Shown here: piece by piece, positions 10,362 to 18,767 of the stretch
How the letters are laid out: each line of letters begins with the position of its first letter
Numbering within the stretch: position 1 is the stretch's first letter
Assembly (NCBI GenBank): GCA_035510735.1
Contig: DATKGN010000006.1
Coordinates: 1,429 to 65,428 of the forward strand
Length of the DNA stretch: 64,000 nucleotides
Direction of reading: 5' to 3'
Source of the DNA: Patescibacteria group bacterium
Lineage (GTDB): Bacteria; Patescibacteriota; Microgenomatia; UBA10105; UBA927
The notes under the pieces: generated by a model
What the model was told of the DNA's origin: nothing
Databases searched by the model: none
What the model saw: only the letters and a program-made list of their open reading frames with translations
Program-made: the position numbers and the translations under genes

Positions 10362-11138
10362 ATGAATGACGATCAATTAAGTTTAACAAAGAAGAAATTT
10401 CCGATACTGTTTTCCTTTTCTCAAGATTACACAGGCAGTGATTACAATGACATCAGGCAATTATTTAGAGATAAGCCAGTCTTAATTTTTGGTGAAGACT
10501 ACTGGTCAAAATATGAGCAATCCCTTCAATCTTTAACTGAAAAAGACAAACAATATTTGTTCGGTAAACTTAAAACCTTAACTAAAAGAATTGATGAAAA
10601 GGCGGGTTGGCCTCATTTCGAAGAAAGACTAAATGAAGCATTGGCTTATAGATATCTTCAAAAAAATGGTTACAAAAAAATACGGTTTATTGACGAAAAC
10701 ACTAAGAATGGACGAAAACCAGATTTAGAAATCCTAAATGCGAATGACTCACTTAATGGACTAGTGGAGGTAAAAACCATTAGATTCTCCCTTGACGAAT
10801 ATGCAGCCGTCAAAAAGGAATTAGAAACAGGTAAAGGAAGATTTTTGCCAATGCAAGTGAACAAAAATCTTTATAAAAAAATTACCGATGATCTAGATAA
10901 AGCAGTAAAACAACTGACTTACCAGGGTTCCGCATCAATATCTTTACGGAGAATTTATCTTTTTCTTAATTTAGACGCCGGAGTCTTAATGGATCTCATA
11001 TTTACCCCAGATAGCGATTTACAAAACTTTATTTGTCAAACTAAAAAAACTTTGGATAAGAATAATCATATTGACTTAAAAACGTATTTACTTGGTGGTA
11101 TTCCCGGAGAGCCAAAAGAGCTCAAATGCAAAGGCTAA
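10362..11138 (+). CDS. Hypothetical PD-(D/E)XK restriction-endonuclease-like protein
   Basis: NEALAY..L, KPDLE..LVEVKT, KAVKQL pattern. Confidence 0.55.
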   Translation: MNDDQLSLTKKKFPILFSFSQDYTGSDYNDIRQLFRDKPVLIFGEDYWSKYEQSLQSLTEKDKQYLFGKLKTLTKRIDEKAGWPHFEERLNEALAYRYLQKNGYKKIRFIDENTKNGRKPDLEILNANDSLNGLVEVKTIRFSLDEYAAVKKELETGKGRFLPMQVNKNLYKKITDDLDKAVKQLTYQGSASISLRRIYLFLNLDAGVLMDLIFTPDSDLQNFICQTKKTLDKNNHIDLKTYLLGGIPGEPKELKCKG

Positions 11139-11165
11139 TCCTGCGTTGATGTATACTATTCCTGT

Positions 11166-11390
11166 ATGCTTAACCCACAGGATGAAAAGACTAGGCAGGA
11201 CATTGCGTCGAAATTGAAAAAGTACCGTCTCAAAAAAGGCTTGTTTCAAACCGATGTAGCTAAGAAAGCTGGTTTGAACAGCAATTTTTACTCGAAAGTT
11301 GAACGCGGTGATGCTATTCCATCTGTGATTACACTTAAAAAGATTTTGGGGGCGCTTGGGGTTAAATCTTCAGAAATTCTCTCGTTTTAA
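11166..11390 (+). CDS. XRE-family helix-turn-helix regulator
   Basis: LKKYRLKKGLFQTDVAKKAG..SKVERG..PSVITLKKI. Confidence 0.9.
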   Translation: MLNPQDEKTRQDIASKLKKYRLKKGLFQTDVAKKAGLNSNFYSKVERGDAIPSVITLKKILGALGVKSSEILSF

Positions 11391-11608
11391 TTCTTCTTCA
11401 TTTCTATCTCGTGCAGAAGTTCTTTGTATTCCTTTTCAAGTTCTTCCGGTTCAAAATGAGCCATGGTGTGATAATGGGCTTTGAGATGCTCCAGTAAAGC
11501 CATCGCCATTTCCGGTGTAGCATGTTCGGGGTCAGTGGCTTTCAAAAATTTGAGAACACCGTCGATATCTTTTTCGTTTAACTGATACCCACCTGTCTTT
11601 GTCGTCAT
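11387..11608 (-). CDS. Small hypothetical protein downstream of the recombinase
   Basis: 73-aa ORF starting 8 nt after the recombinase stop. Confidence 0.6.
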   Translation of the reverse strand: MTTKTGGYQLNEKDIDGVLKFLKATDPEHATPEMAMALLEHLKAHYHTMAHFEPEELEKEYKELLHEIEMKKN

Positions 11609-11616
11609 GCGAGTTA

Positions 11617-13086
11617 TTATACCTCAAATAAGGGATTAATTTTTGGATAGCTCAATCCGGGATAATTCCAAACGAAACCGCGTGGAAATATGGTACTTAA
11701 AATTGCTTTTTGATTATCAACGGATATATGCATATATGTGTTGTATATATTCTCTAGATTGGAATTCATATATGTAATACAGGTTGAAAGCGTATATTCC
11801 TGTAGAAAAGATTTTTTAATCGATAACTTTATTCGGTCAATATTATCGCTCAATAGCGCGTTTTGCTCGCAAAATACCTCGTCTGTATAGAGACCGGATA
11901 AATGTTTATGGACGAGGTTCGTTCGCATAGCGATAAGTTTGCCTACGAGTTGTTCTCTTTTTGCCTTATACATCCTGATTTTCGAGTACCGTCTTTCATA
12001 TTCCTCCTGTAGGAGTTTATAAATAATCACACGACCAAGCTTGGACAGCTTCATTCTCGTTAATAGTGACTTTAATAACTTATGGAGCTTTTCGGCCGGT
12101 ACATACGGCGAATGACACAATTGCGATTTGTAACACCAATAATATGGATACTTCTTCAAGTGACCACTACACCATGAGCCGGTAAATCCGAGTCCGCATT
12201 TTCCGCACTTTACTATTCGACGTAATGGAAAATCAACATTCGGTGGATTTCGAAGCACCAAGGATGGTTTATTATGTCGACCGTCGAGTATTGCCTGAAC
12301 TTTCTCAAACAGCTCTTTTGAAACCATAGGCTCATGTTGCCCGTGGACCTCTTCGTTGTATCGCTTGGAAACAAGAAAACCGGCATAAAATTTTGAGCGA
12401 AATATCCGGTGTACCGTTTGACGCCGGATAAGATACTTTTGGTTGTTAATAGTGGTTCGTAATCCCCAAGAATTCATGATGTTCGTCATCTCACGAAGTG
12501 ACTTTGTACCCGTGGCCATCAATTCCCAGGCTTTTTTCACCTGATCCCAGACTTTGGTATCTTTAAAGACATATCCTTCATGGCGGATATATCCTAATTG
12601 TGCCTTTCCGGAACAAAGCAATCCTGATTGAAACCGTGCGTGCATACCGTTTCTTGCACGCTCACTTTTCATCTCATTATCAAGTTGTGCAATTCCTGCA
12701 TAAAAATTACCAATGAATTTGCCCATAGGAGTATCATCAACCGGCTCTGTTGCTGAAATAAGTTTAATTCCCATTCTATTCAGTTTCTCCTTTATGATGA
12801 GGTAGTCTGTCATCTGCCGAGACAAACGATCGGTTTTGTAAAATACAACAGCCTGAACATCTTTTGTATGCCGTCGGCAATATTCGAGAAGTTTGATCAG
12901 TTCAATTCTACCTGTGATAGTTTTTGCGGATTTTCCTTCTTCACGATATACCTGCGTAACGACATAACCTAACCGATCAGTTTCGCGCCTGCACACTTCT
13001 TCCTGTGTGCCCATAGAATAGTTATCGACCTGTTCCTCTGTTGATACCCGAAGATAAAGAATTGCTTGTTTTTGTGTTAGTTTCAT
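11617..13086 (-). CDS. Large serine recombinase (resolvase, recombinase, Zn-ribbon and coiled-coil domains)
   Basis: YLRVSTEEQ catalytic Ser, EEGKSA, DRLSR, HEPMVS..FEKVQ, CGKCG..YYWC..C. Confidence 0.93.
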   Translation of the reverse strand: MKLTQKQAILYLRVSTEEQVDNYSMGTQEEVCRRETDRLGYVVTQVYREEGKSAKTITGRIELIKLLEYCRRHTKDVQAVVFYKTDRLSRQMTDYLIIKEKLNRMGIKLISATEPVDDTPMGKFIGNFYAGIAQLDNEMKSERARNGMHARFQSGLLCSGKAQLGYIRHEGYVFKDTKVWDQVKKAWELMATGTKSLREMTNIMNSWGLRTTINNQKYLIRRQTVHRIFRSKFYAGFLVSKRYNEEVHGQHEPMVSKELFEKVQAILDGRHNKPSLVLRNPPNVDFPLRRIVKCGKCGLGFTGSWCSGHLKKYPYYWCYKSQLCHSPYVPAEKLHKLLKSLLTRMKLSKLGRVIIYKLLQEEYERRYSKIRMYKAKREQLVGKLIAMRTNLVHKHLSGLYTDEVFCEQNALLSDNIDRIKLSIKKSFLQEYTLSTCITYMNSNLENIYNTYMHISVDNQKAILSTIFPRGFVWNYPGLSYPKINPLFEV

Positions 13087-13265
13087 ACGTCTATATTAGT
13101 AAGTAGTTCATCAAGTGTTTTTCCTTCAAATATTTGCTGTTCTACAGTATTGAGCCAAACATCAACCAAATATTGTAGTTCGGAAATAGTTGTTTGAATT
13201 TCGTCGTCATTCATCTGAATGCCGTCTTTCTGTAACAGTTCGCGGATTTCGTCTAATTTATCCAT
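13083..13265 (-). CDS. Small acidic hypothetical protein coupled to the recombinase
   Basis: 60 aa; ATGA overlap with the recombinase start. Confidence 0.6.
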   Translation of the reverse strand: MDKLDEIRELLQKDGIQMNDDEIQTTISELQYLVDVWLNTVEQQIFEGKTLDELLTNIDV

Positions 13266-13268
13266 AGT

Positions 13269-13766
13269 TCAATAAATAAATCTACTTAATTTTAGATACT
13301 CAAACATTTCTTGTGACATACTGCTACTTTGGATTCTGCGCATTATTTCACGGCTGCACGTTTGGGAGAGAATGTTGAGGCTACCTTCCCAGAGTACTTT
13401 CCGATCAATGATAGCCAGTTTCCGGTGGGAGTATTCGTTGCTGATTAATACTTGGATTCCCATTGTTTCAAATTGCCTGATCTCACATTCAGCCTGTCGT
13501 TTGAGATTAGGATCGTGGTCGTCCGGATCACGGGTAATAACGTAAACTTTGACTTTCCTTCGAACCAGCTCCGCAAAGACCGCTGTCAGATGAAATACGC
13601 GTTGGGAGGTAATGAATGGGCTTTCGATGATAACTTCCGTTCTGGAGCGTTTAAGATCGGCTATAAACCGTTTGTAGAACGTGGTCTCGTCGAACAGTTG
13701 AGATTGGACAAGGTCGGGTGACAGATGGAACAGTTTTTTAACACCAGACAGGACAAGGTTATTCAT
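13269..13766 (-). CDS. Stand-alone single-HKD phospholipase D/Nuc-like protein
   Basis: IIESPFI, HRKLAIID..WEGSLN; SD AAGGAGG. Confidence 0.8.
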   Translation of the reverse strand: MNNLVLSGVKKLFHLSPDLVQSQLFDETTFYKRFIADLKRSRTEVIIESPFITSQRVFHLTAVFAELVRRKVKVYVITRDPDDHDPNLKRQAECEIRQFETMGIQVLISNEYSHRKLAIIDRKVLWEGSLNILSQTCSREIMRRIQSSSMSQEMFEYLKLSRFIY

Positions 13767-13908
13767 GATCCTCCTTTTTCCCGTTTAAATCGGGTATAAT
13801 AACAATAACTTTGCCGTCACAGTAGGTAAATCCGAGTTTCTGAAGTTTTTCGTACGTAGCCAGGAGACTTGGGAGTATAGTGTTCCACCTACGGGACAGC
13901 TCGCTCAC
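13759..13908 (-). CDS. 49-codon ORF VSELSRRWNTILPSL..., possible displaced C-terminal tail of a recombinase starting at the att core
   Basis: Begins GTG AGC inside the GCTCAC core; its stop overlaps the start of the PLD gene; below the ORF-track cutoff. Confidence 0.35.
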   Translation of the reverse strand: MSELSRRWNTILPSLLATYEKLQKLGFTYCDGKVIVIIPDLNGKKEDHE

Positions 13909-13947
13909 AAAGAAATTGAGGTTAATTATTCAGTATTGAATTTAGGT

Positions 13948-14789
13948 TTAATAGGGTTGGGTAATACTCGTTGGTTCTATAACCATAAATCTACTTAGAG
14001 GATTCGTAAATACTTCCGGAATATTATCTGGCACACACCACCATCCGCAGGTAAGAGTATTTCCTTTCGGACCAATTTCACCCAAACTCTTCGGTAAAAC
14101 GGTGCCGATCTCATTTAGAAAATCCATATCTTCCTGAGTCAATACATCCTCAAGTAACGGAATTTTTTGAGAATCTGCAACCCATACGTCAACATAATTC
14201 TCTTTAGCCTTTTCTCTGCCCAGGCACTTGAATACAATACGTATGCGTGAACTTTAGGATATCGTCCTTTACCAGAAGCCTCCCAGACAAGATCGAGTAT
14301 CTGATTCTTGACATGGGCAGTAGAAATTAACCAGTCTTCAATAATGTATAAATTGGTTTTTCCTCTGATCATTTTCGGTGTCACGCTAAGCCCTTCGCCT
14401 GTTGATATTTCGCTTGCTGCTTTTTTCAACCCCAGACCGCATAATTGTTCGTAAATCCAATGGCTACTCCTGCTAACAGGAAAATAGATGTAATGAAATG
14501 GCCCCTCTTGAGCTTTTTCGGTTAATGCAACCGCCATTTTTTTTAGATTCGTATCAAATGATTCTTTACTGATAAAATGGAATCCGTCTGCTAATCTATT
14601 AAGAAAAAGCTCCGGTGGGTTTGCTTCTAATATCGCCGTGGCACCCTGAACACTCCTGTCATAGGTTGTTGGAATATGTTTGTCTAGCAGAATCTGCGCA
14701 AATTGTTGAGGAGTTAAAGGCTCATTTGGAATAGGCAGTCGATCAGCTAGTCTACCTGAGTTCTCTACTCTGTAGGTTTGTTCTGCCAT
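13948..14789 (-). pseudogene. Frameshifted gene for a PRTase-like protein (ORFs 14139-14789 plus 13948-14142)
   Basis: LYIIEDWLIST resembles a PRPP-binding loop; one added A near 14204 gives RLKENYVDVWVADSQKIPLLEDVLTQED..VPDNIP. Confidence 0.5.
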
Positions 14790-14907
14790 AAATTATTTAT
14801 AATTCGTGAAAATTTTGTTGCTCATAGAGAGTATAGATGATTTTAGCACCCAGGATCAACACCTATGAACGCGTACTGATGAAACGAAAAGATAAAACTC
14901 CAAAAAA

Positions 14908-15408
14908 TTAAAATCTCTCAAGAAAGCCGAAATGATCGTATTTATTAAGTAGACTATTAACACCTCTTTCGCCCTCGCTGAGACCGTCAATCTTTTCTAA
15001 AGGTGGTAACTCGAGAGTTGTTTTATGGGGTCGTAATCCCGATTCAATAACTACGTTTTCGGCAGCTAATATATGAAAACTTGTGATCTGCTTACTCTCT
15101 TTTAGTATACCTTGATTCATAGACCTTTCGAGCGCATGGATGAGACGCGAATAATATTCCATAAGCTGGATTGAATTTTGATCTCCACTGCTTGCCAATT
15201 CATCGACAACTCCTACCCCTCCACTCTCATGGATAAGAAGGGAAACGACGGAAAGTTCCTCAAAACGAGGATGACGAAGAATTTCAAGTATTCGGGGATA
15301 CGGATCTGACATTCCATCTCTTTTAACGTTTCTAGAATAGCGTTTTATGGTGCTAACTGTTGTAGTGCCATCAAAGTTTGGAAACGCAAGGTCAATTTGC
15401 TTACGCAT
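14908..15408 (-). CDS. Hypothetical protein
   Basis: 166-aa ORF; TATAAT 6 nt upstream of the ATG. Confidence 0.55.
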   Translation of the reverse strand: MRKQIDLAFPNFDGTTTVSTIKRYSRNVKRDGMSDPYPRILEILRHPRFEELSVVSLLIHESGGVGVVDELASSGDQNSIQLMEYYSRLIHALERSMNQGILKESKQITSFHILAAENVVIESGLRPHKTTLELPPLEKIDGLSEGERGVNSLLNKYDHFGFLERF

Positions 15409-15437
15409 TTAAATATTATAGGATTATACAGATTATA

Positions 15438-15578
15438 AAGCAAATTCTGCCTTCGCTCCGAATATCTCGATTTGAAATAATTTAGGCGGGATTGGTTCAG
15501 GGTTCGAATCTCCCGCGTGCGGGATCTCGCTTCGCTCAATACGACGTGTTTCGCTTGCTCAACCGTGCGGGCTCACAA
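15438..15578 (+). pseudogene. Degenerate tRNA 3' remnant (Lys-like) interrupted by palindromic insertions; probable att-site relic
   Basis: GGGATTGGTTCAGGGTTCGAATC (15488-15510: variable loop plus T arm), ~50-nt insert, then CCGTGCGGGCTCAC acceptor end; no acceptor 5' strand or D-loop found. Confidence 0.55.
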
Positions 15579-15590
15579 GAGAAGGTGTGA

Positions 15591-17252
15591 TCATTTGCTT
15601 GCTTCCAAAAAACGGTAGGCGAGGGAATCGTCGCTTCGATGGATTTCGGCTACGGTATGAAACCCCGGCAAGACCGGGCATTTTCCATAATCGACAAACA
15701 AAACGTGCCCTGAATATACGGCACCGTCCGTTTTGGTCGGACACTCGCTCTCCACGAATGAAATAGTGCCAAGTTGGTCCAGCCGCATATCATCTCTGAA
15801 TTTACCAATGATATTTGCGCTGAAATTTTTCGTATAAAACGCATAATACAAAGGGAACCTGTCGTACACGGGCGCCACAATGCGGGTATATTGGCCGACT
15901 TTTTGCTTCATGAGGGTAACCGCTTCACGGTCGCCGTCGTTTCGAAATACGCTGTCGGTCTTGTCTGAATGAGCATAGTACTGGTTCCAAAAATAGATGC
16001 TTTCGAGTGCGACACAGGAGATAAGGATGCCGCTCAAAAACTTCGGGTGTTTGATCAGTCCAACTAATCCTTCAAATCCGATTCCTGCCAATACGAGCAG
16101 CGGAAAAACCATGGTCAACGAGCGGTGCGCATGAGGTGAAAAATCGACGGTTAATGCGGCTGCAATAGGCGCGATGAGAAGTAAGTACAGGATAAATACG
16201 AGCGGAAATCGGGACTTTGCGGGAGGACGCCAAAAACAAACACCCAAAAAAAGCGGGATAAGCGATAAATAGATTAAGCCCTGCTCGGGCACGTTAAAAT
16301 AGCGATATTGCCCGCCCGATAGCAAAAAAAGGTATGACGGCGAGAAATACGACAGATACTGCGTAAAAAACTCACGGGTATACAAAACGATTTTATTATG
16401 AAAAACGCGCGCCTGCAGAATATGACCCTGCCCCAACTGGTCAGACAGCATCCGTCCCCTGGCTGCAACCCCAGCCGCGACGTCCGGACTCGTAAATAAC
16501 CCGGTCTGCCGGAGCCTCGCCTGTCCCCACACAGTCGATGCAATGGCGAGCGTGACGGCAAACAAAACGACGGTCAGGGTCAGCAGATGACGGCGCATGT
16601 TATTGTTTTTCCGGATAGCGTCAAAAACAAAGGGGACAAGGGTAAGAGGCGCAATGATGCGATACGAAGGATAGAGAAAATACGTTACGAACAACAGGAA
16701 TCCCGCAAACCATATGGTTTTTATGTCCTTCCGTTCATACCCTACGACCAGATAATACGCGGCCCATACGTAGATAAATAATCCTAAAATTCCCTCCGAC
16801 GTGGTTCGTGACAAAACGACGCTCCACGGGGTAACAGCCAAGAGAAATGCGCTTACCAGTCCCGCGCGCTTGCTGCCCATCACGGCGTGCACAAATGCAA
16901 ACAGCGGGAAAATGGTCAGCGCGCCCGCAAGGGCGATCGGGAATCTACCAGCAAATTCATTAATACCAAAGACGAAGGTCGAAAGACCGGAAACATAGAA
17001 TGGAATGACCGGTGGATAGTCGCCGAATTTATTAAAGTAGAGCAACGGGAAAAAATTGCCGTACACGTCTTTCCCGTGGGTAAGAATAAAACGACCGATG
17101 TAGGTGTTCGTCATTTCCTCGACGTAAAATCCGTGCGGCAGGATTCCCAGTTTGAACAGCCGCATAAAACACGCGAGGAAAAAAATAATAAGGAGAACCT
17201 GAAAGTCCCGGGTTTTTAGCAGTTTAATGATTTTTTCCATATTTACCGGCAT
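15591..17252 (-). CDS. GT-C membrane glycosyltransferase (ArnT/PMT, GT39/GT83-like)
   Basis: RLFKLG..PHGF..EE..G.D.YG..FP..GDYPP, GINEFAGRFP; many TM helices. Confidence 0.85.
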   Translation of the reverse strand: MPVNMEKIIKLLKTRDFQVLLIIFFLACFMRLFKLGILPHGFYVEEMTNTYIGRFILTHGKDVYGNFFPLLYFNKFGDYPPVIPFYVSGLSTFVFGINEFAGRFPIALAGALTIFPLFAFVHAVMGSKRAGLVSAFLLAVTPWSVVLSRTTSEGILGLFIYVWAAYYLVVGYERKDIKTIWFAGFLLFVTYFLYPSYRIIAPLTLVPFVFDAIRKNNNMRRHLLTLTVVLFAVTLAIASTVWGQARLRQTGLFTSPDVAAGVAARGRMLSDQLGQGHILQARVFHNKIVLYTREFFTQYLSYFSPSYLFLLSGGQYRYFNVPEQGLIYLSLIPLFLGVCFWRPPAKSRFPLVFILYLLLIAPIAAALTVDFSPHAHRSLTMVFPLLVLAGIGFEGLVGLIKHPKFLSGILISCVALESIYFWNQYYAHSDKTDSVFRNDGDREAVTLMKQKVGQYTRIVAPVYDRFPLYYAFYTKNFSANIIGKFRDDMRLDQLGTISFVESECPTKTDGAVYSGHVLFVDYGKCPVLPGFHTVAEIHRSDDSLAYRFLEASK

Positions 17253-17459
17253 TGTACATCAGGGTGGTCCGAAAACATATGCCAGTGTTTCTCCTTCCAT
17301 AGAGTACTTGATACGGTCAAGTAATTATGGCGGAATACGCAGTGTTCCAAATCTTGATACGTTGATGCAATAACAGAAAACACACCGTATATCATGATAA
17401 TGCTTCAGATTGACAAAGTGTTTTGTTGTACTGTAGATTACAGAAGAAAGGAATCCTCT

Positions 17460-17882
17460 ATGAAAACAGATAACAAGAAGACCACGACATTCACACAGGG
17501 GGAACGGGACGCCATGAAGGCGCGCGTCCAGGAACTGCGTGGGGCCGAGGTGGACGGAGAAAAAGTAGTACTCGCGAAGATCGCCGAGATGAAAGAACCG
17601 GATCACGCCATGGCTAAACAGCTCCATGCAATCGTCAAAGCCAGTACCCCAGGCCTCACCCCGAGGCTCTGGTACGGGATGCCCGCGTATGCCAAGAACG
17701 GCAAGGTTGTCTGTTTCTTCCAAAGCGGTGCTAAGTTCAAAACGAGGTACGCGACGTTGGGCTTCAGCGACGCGGCAAAACTCGATGACGACGCTATGTG
17801 GCCAACCGCCTCTGCGCTAACGAAGTTGACTGCAGCCGAAGAGGCAAGGATTGCCGCACTCGTGAAGAGGGCGGTTAGCTAA
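17460..17882 (+). CDS. YdhG/DUF1801-family protein
   Basis: [36 protein letters not shown]; SD AAGGA. Confidence 0.8.
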   Translation: MKTDNKKTTTFTQGERDAMKARVQELRGAEVDGEKVVLAKIAEMKEPDHAMAKQLHAIVKASTPGLTPRLWYGMPAYAKNGKVVCFFQSGAKFKTRYATLGFSDAAKLDDDAMWPTASALTKLTAAEEARIAALVKRAVS

Positions 17883-17898
17883 AGAAAGGAAATCAAAT

Positions 17899-18282
17899 AT
17901 GTCTAACAAAGTTATGAGTAAACCAATGAATATTCTGCTATGGGTGCTTCAGATTTTACTAGCCTTCTACAATGCCGTAGGGGGTATCTATATGATAGGG
18001 CATTACAAAATACTTGCCTATCTGTGGATCGTTAATGCTTTGCCCGCACCGGCTTGGGTAGCCCTTGGTGTACTTCAAGTCCTATTTGCGTTGGGTTTAG
18101 TTTTGCCCGGATCTCGACTGAAGCTACCCAAATTCACCCCCATCTCAGCGGTTGGCTTAGCCATCATATCGCTCTTGGGCAGTATGCTATACGATGCATA
18201 CGCCGGCTCAGGCATGATCTGGGTGGTGGTGCCTGCCGCTTTACTTACCTTCGTGGCATATGAGAGAGGACGCTCAAAGTAA
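17899..18282 (+). CDS. DoxX-like membrane protein
   Basis: MNILLWVLQILLA..GVLQVLFALGLVLP..FVAY.R; four TM helices. Confidence 0.7.
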   Translation: MSNKVMSKPMNILLWVLQILLAFYNAVGGIYMIGHYKILAYLWIVNALPAPAWVALGVLQVLFALGLVLPGSRLKLPKFTPISAVGLAIISLLGSMLYDAYAGSGMIWVVVPAALLTFVAYERGRSK

Positions 18283-18296
18283 AGGTAAAACATAAC

Positions 18297-18671
18297 ATGA
18301 AACCGGAAGAACAAATAGATGAACTCATTGCAGGACTGAACGACTGGCGAGGAGCGATGCTTGCAAAACTACGCAAAATCATTCTTGATGCTGACCCCAA
18401 GATAATCGAAGAGTGGAAATGGATGGGTTCTCCGTGTTGGTCAAAAGGCGGGCTCATCTGTGTGGCGAACGCGCACAAGGATAAGGTAAAAGTGACCTTT
18501 TCTCAGGGCGCAAACATCCCCGATCCGGACAAGCTCTTTAACAACGGACTTGAAGGCAATAAATGGCGGGCGATTGATCTCTACGAGGGCGATACAATCA
18601 ATGAGCGTTCACTGAAAAACCTCATCCGTGCGGCCGCGGCCCACAACATTGCAAAAAAATCGACAAAGTGA
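18297..18671 (+). CDS. YdhG/DUF1801-family protein
   Basis: DWRG..L..LR..I..ADP.IIEEWKWMGSP.W..G..DPDKLFN.GLEGNKWRAID. Confidence 0.85.
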   Translation: MKPEEQIDELIAGLNDWRGAMLAKLRKIILDADPKIIEEWKWMGSPCWSKGGLICVANAHKDKVKVTFSQGANIPDPDKLFNNGLEGNKWRAIDLYEGDTINERSLKNLIRAAAAHNIAKKSTK

Positions 18672-18724
18672 CCCACTTCGAGATGACAGGTTCAATAGTT
18701 TAGGCCGTCATAATGGCCTATAAT

Positions 18725-18753
18725 TTGATCTTCCTCGGCGAAAATGATATAAT
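18725..18753 (+). promoter_or_regulatory. Sigma70-type promoter with extended -10
   Basis: TTGATC-17 nt-TATAAT with TG at -15/-14. Confidence 0.6.
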
Positions 18754-18767
18754 TTTAGCCTCACTAT

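Larger units (their letters stand above)
1..13910. mobile_element. Right part of a putative integrative element / defence island with a large serine recombinase; left end outside the window
   Basis: Visibly AT-rich block with defence genes, DUF2958-like gene, XRE regulator and serine recombinase; candidate right junction GCTCACAA at 13903-13910 matches the tRNA-remnant end at 15571-15578. Confidence 0.65.

Noticed and set aside
15488-15578. Functional tRNA gene
   Set aside because: No acceptor 5' strand, D-loop or anticodon loop can be identified and the T arm is interrupted; reported as a remnant only
595-18692. 12-bp match AGATGACAGGTT at 595-606 and 18681-18692 as island boundaries
   Set aside because: Many 12-mer matches are expected by chance in 64 kb, and gene context does not support these as junctions
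17400-18720. Integron cassette array
   Set aside because: Intergenic gaps are only ~15 nt, and no attC-like structure or integron integrase was seen
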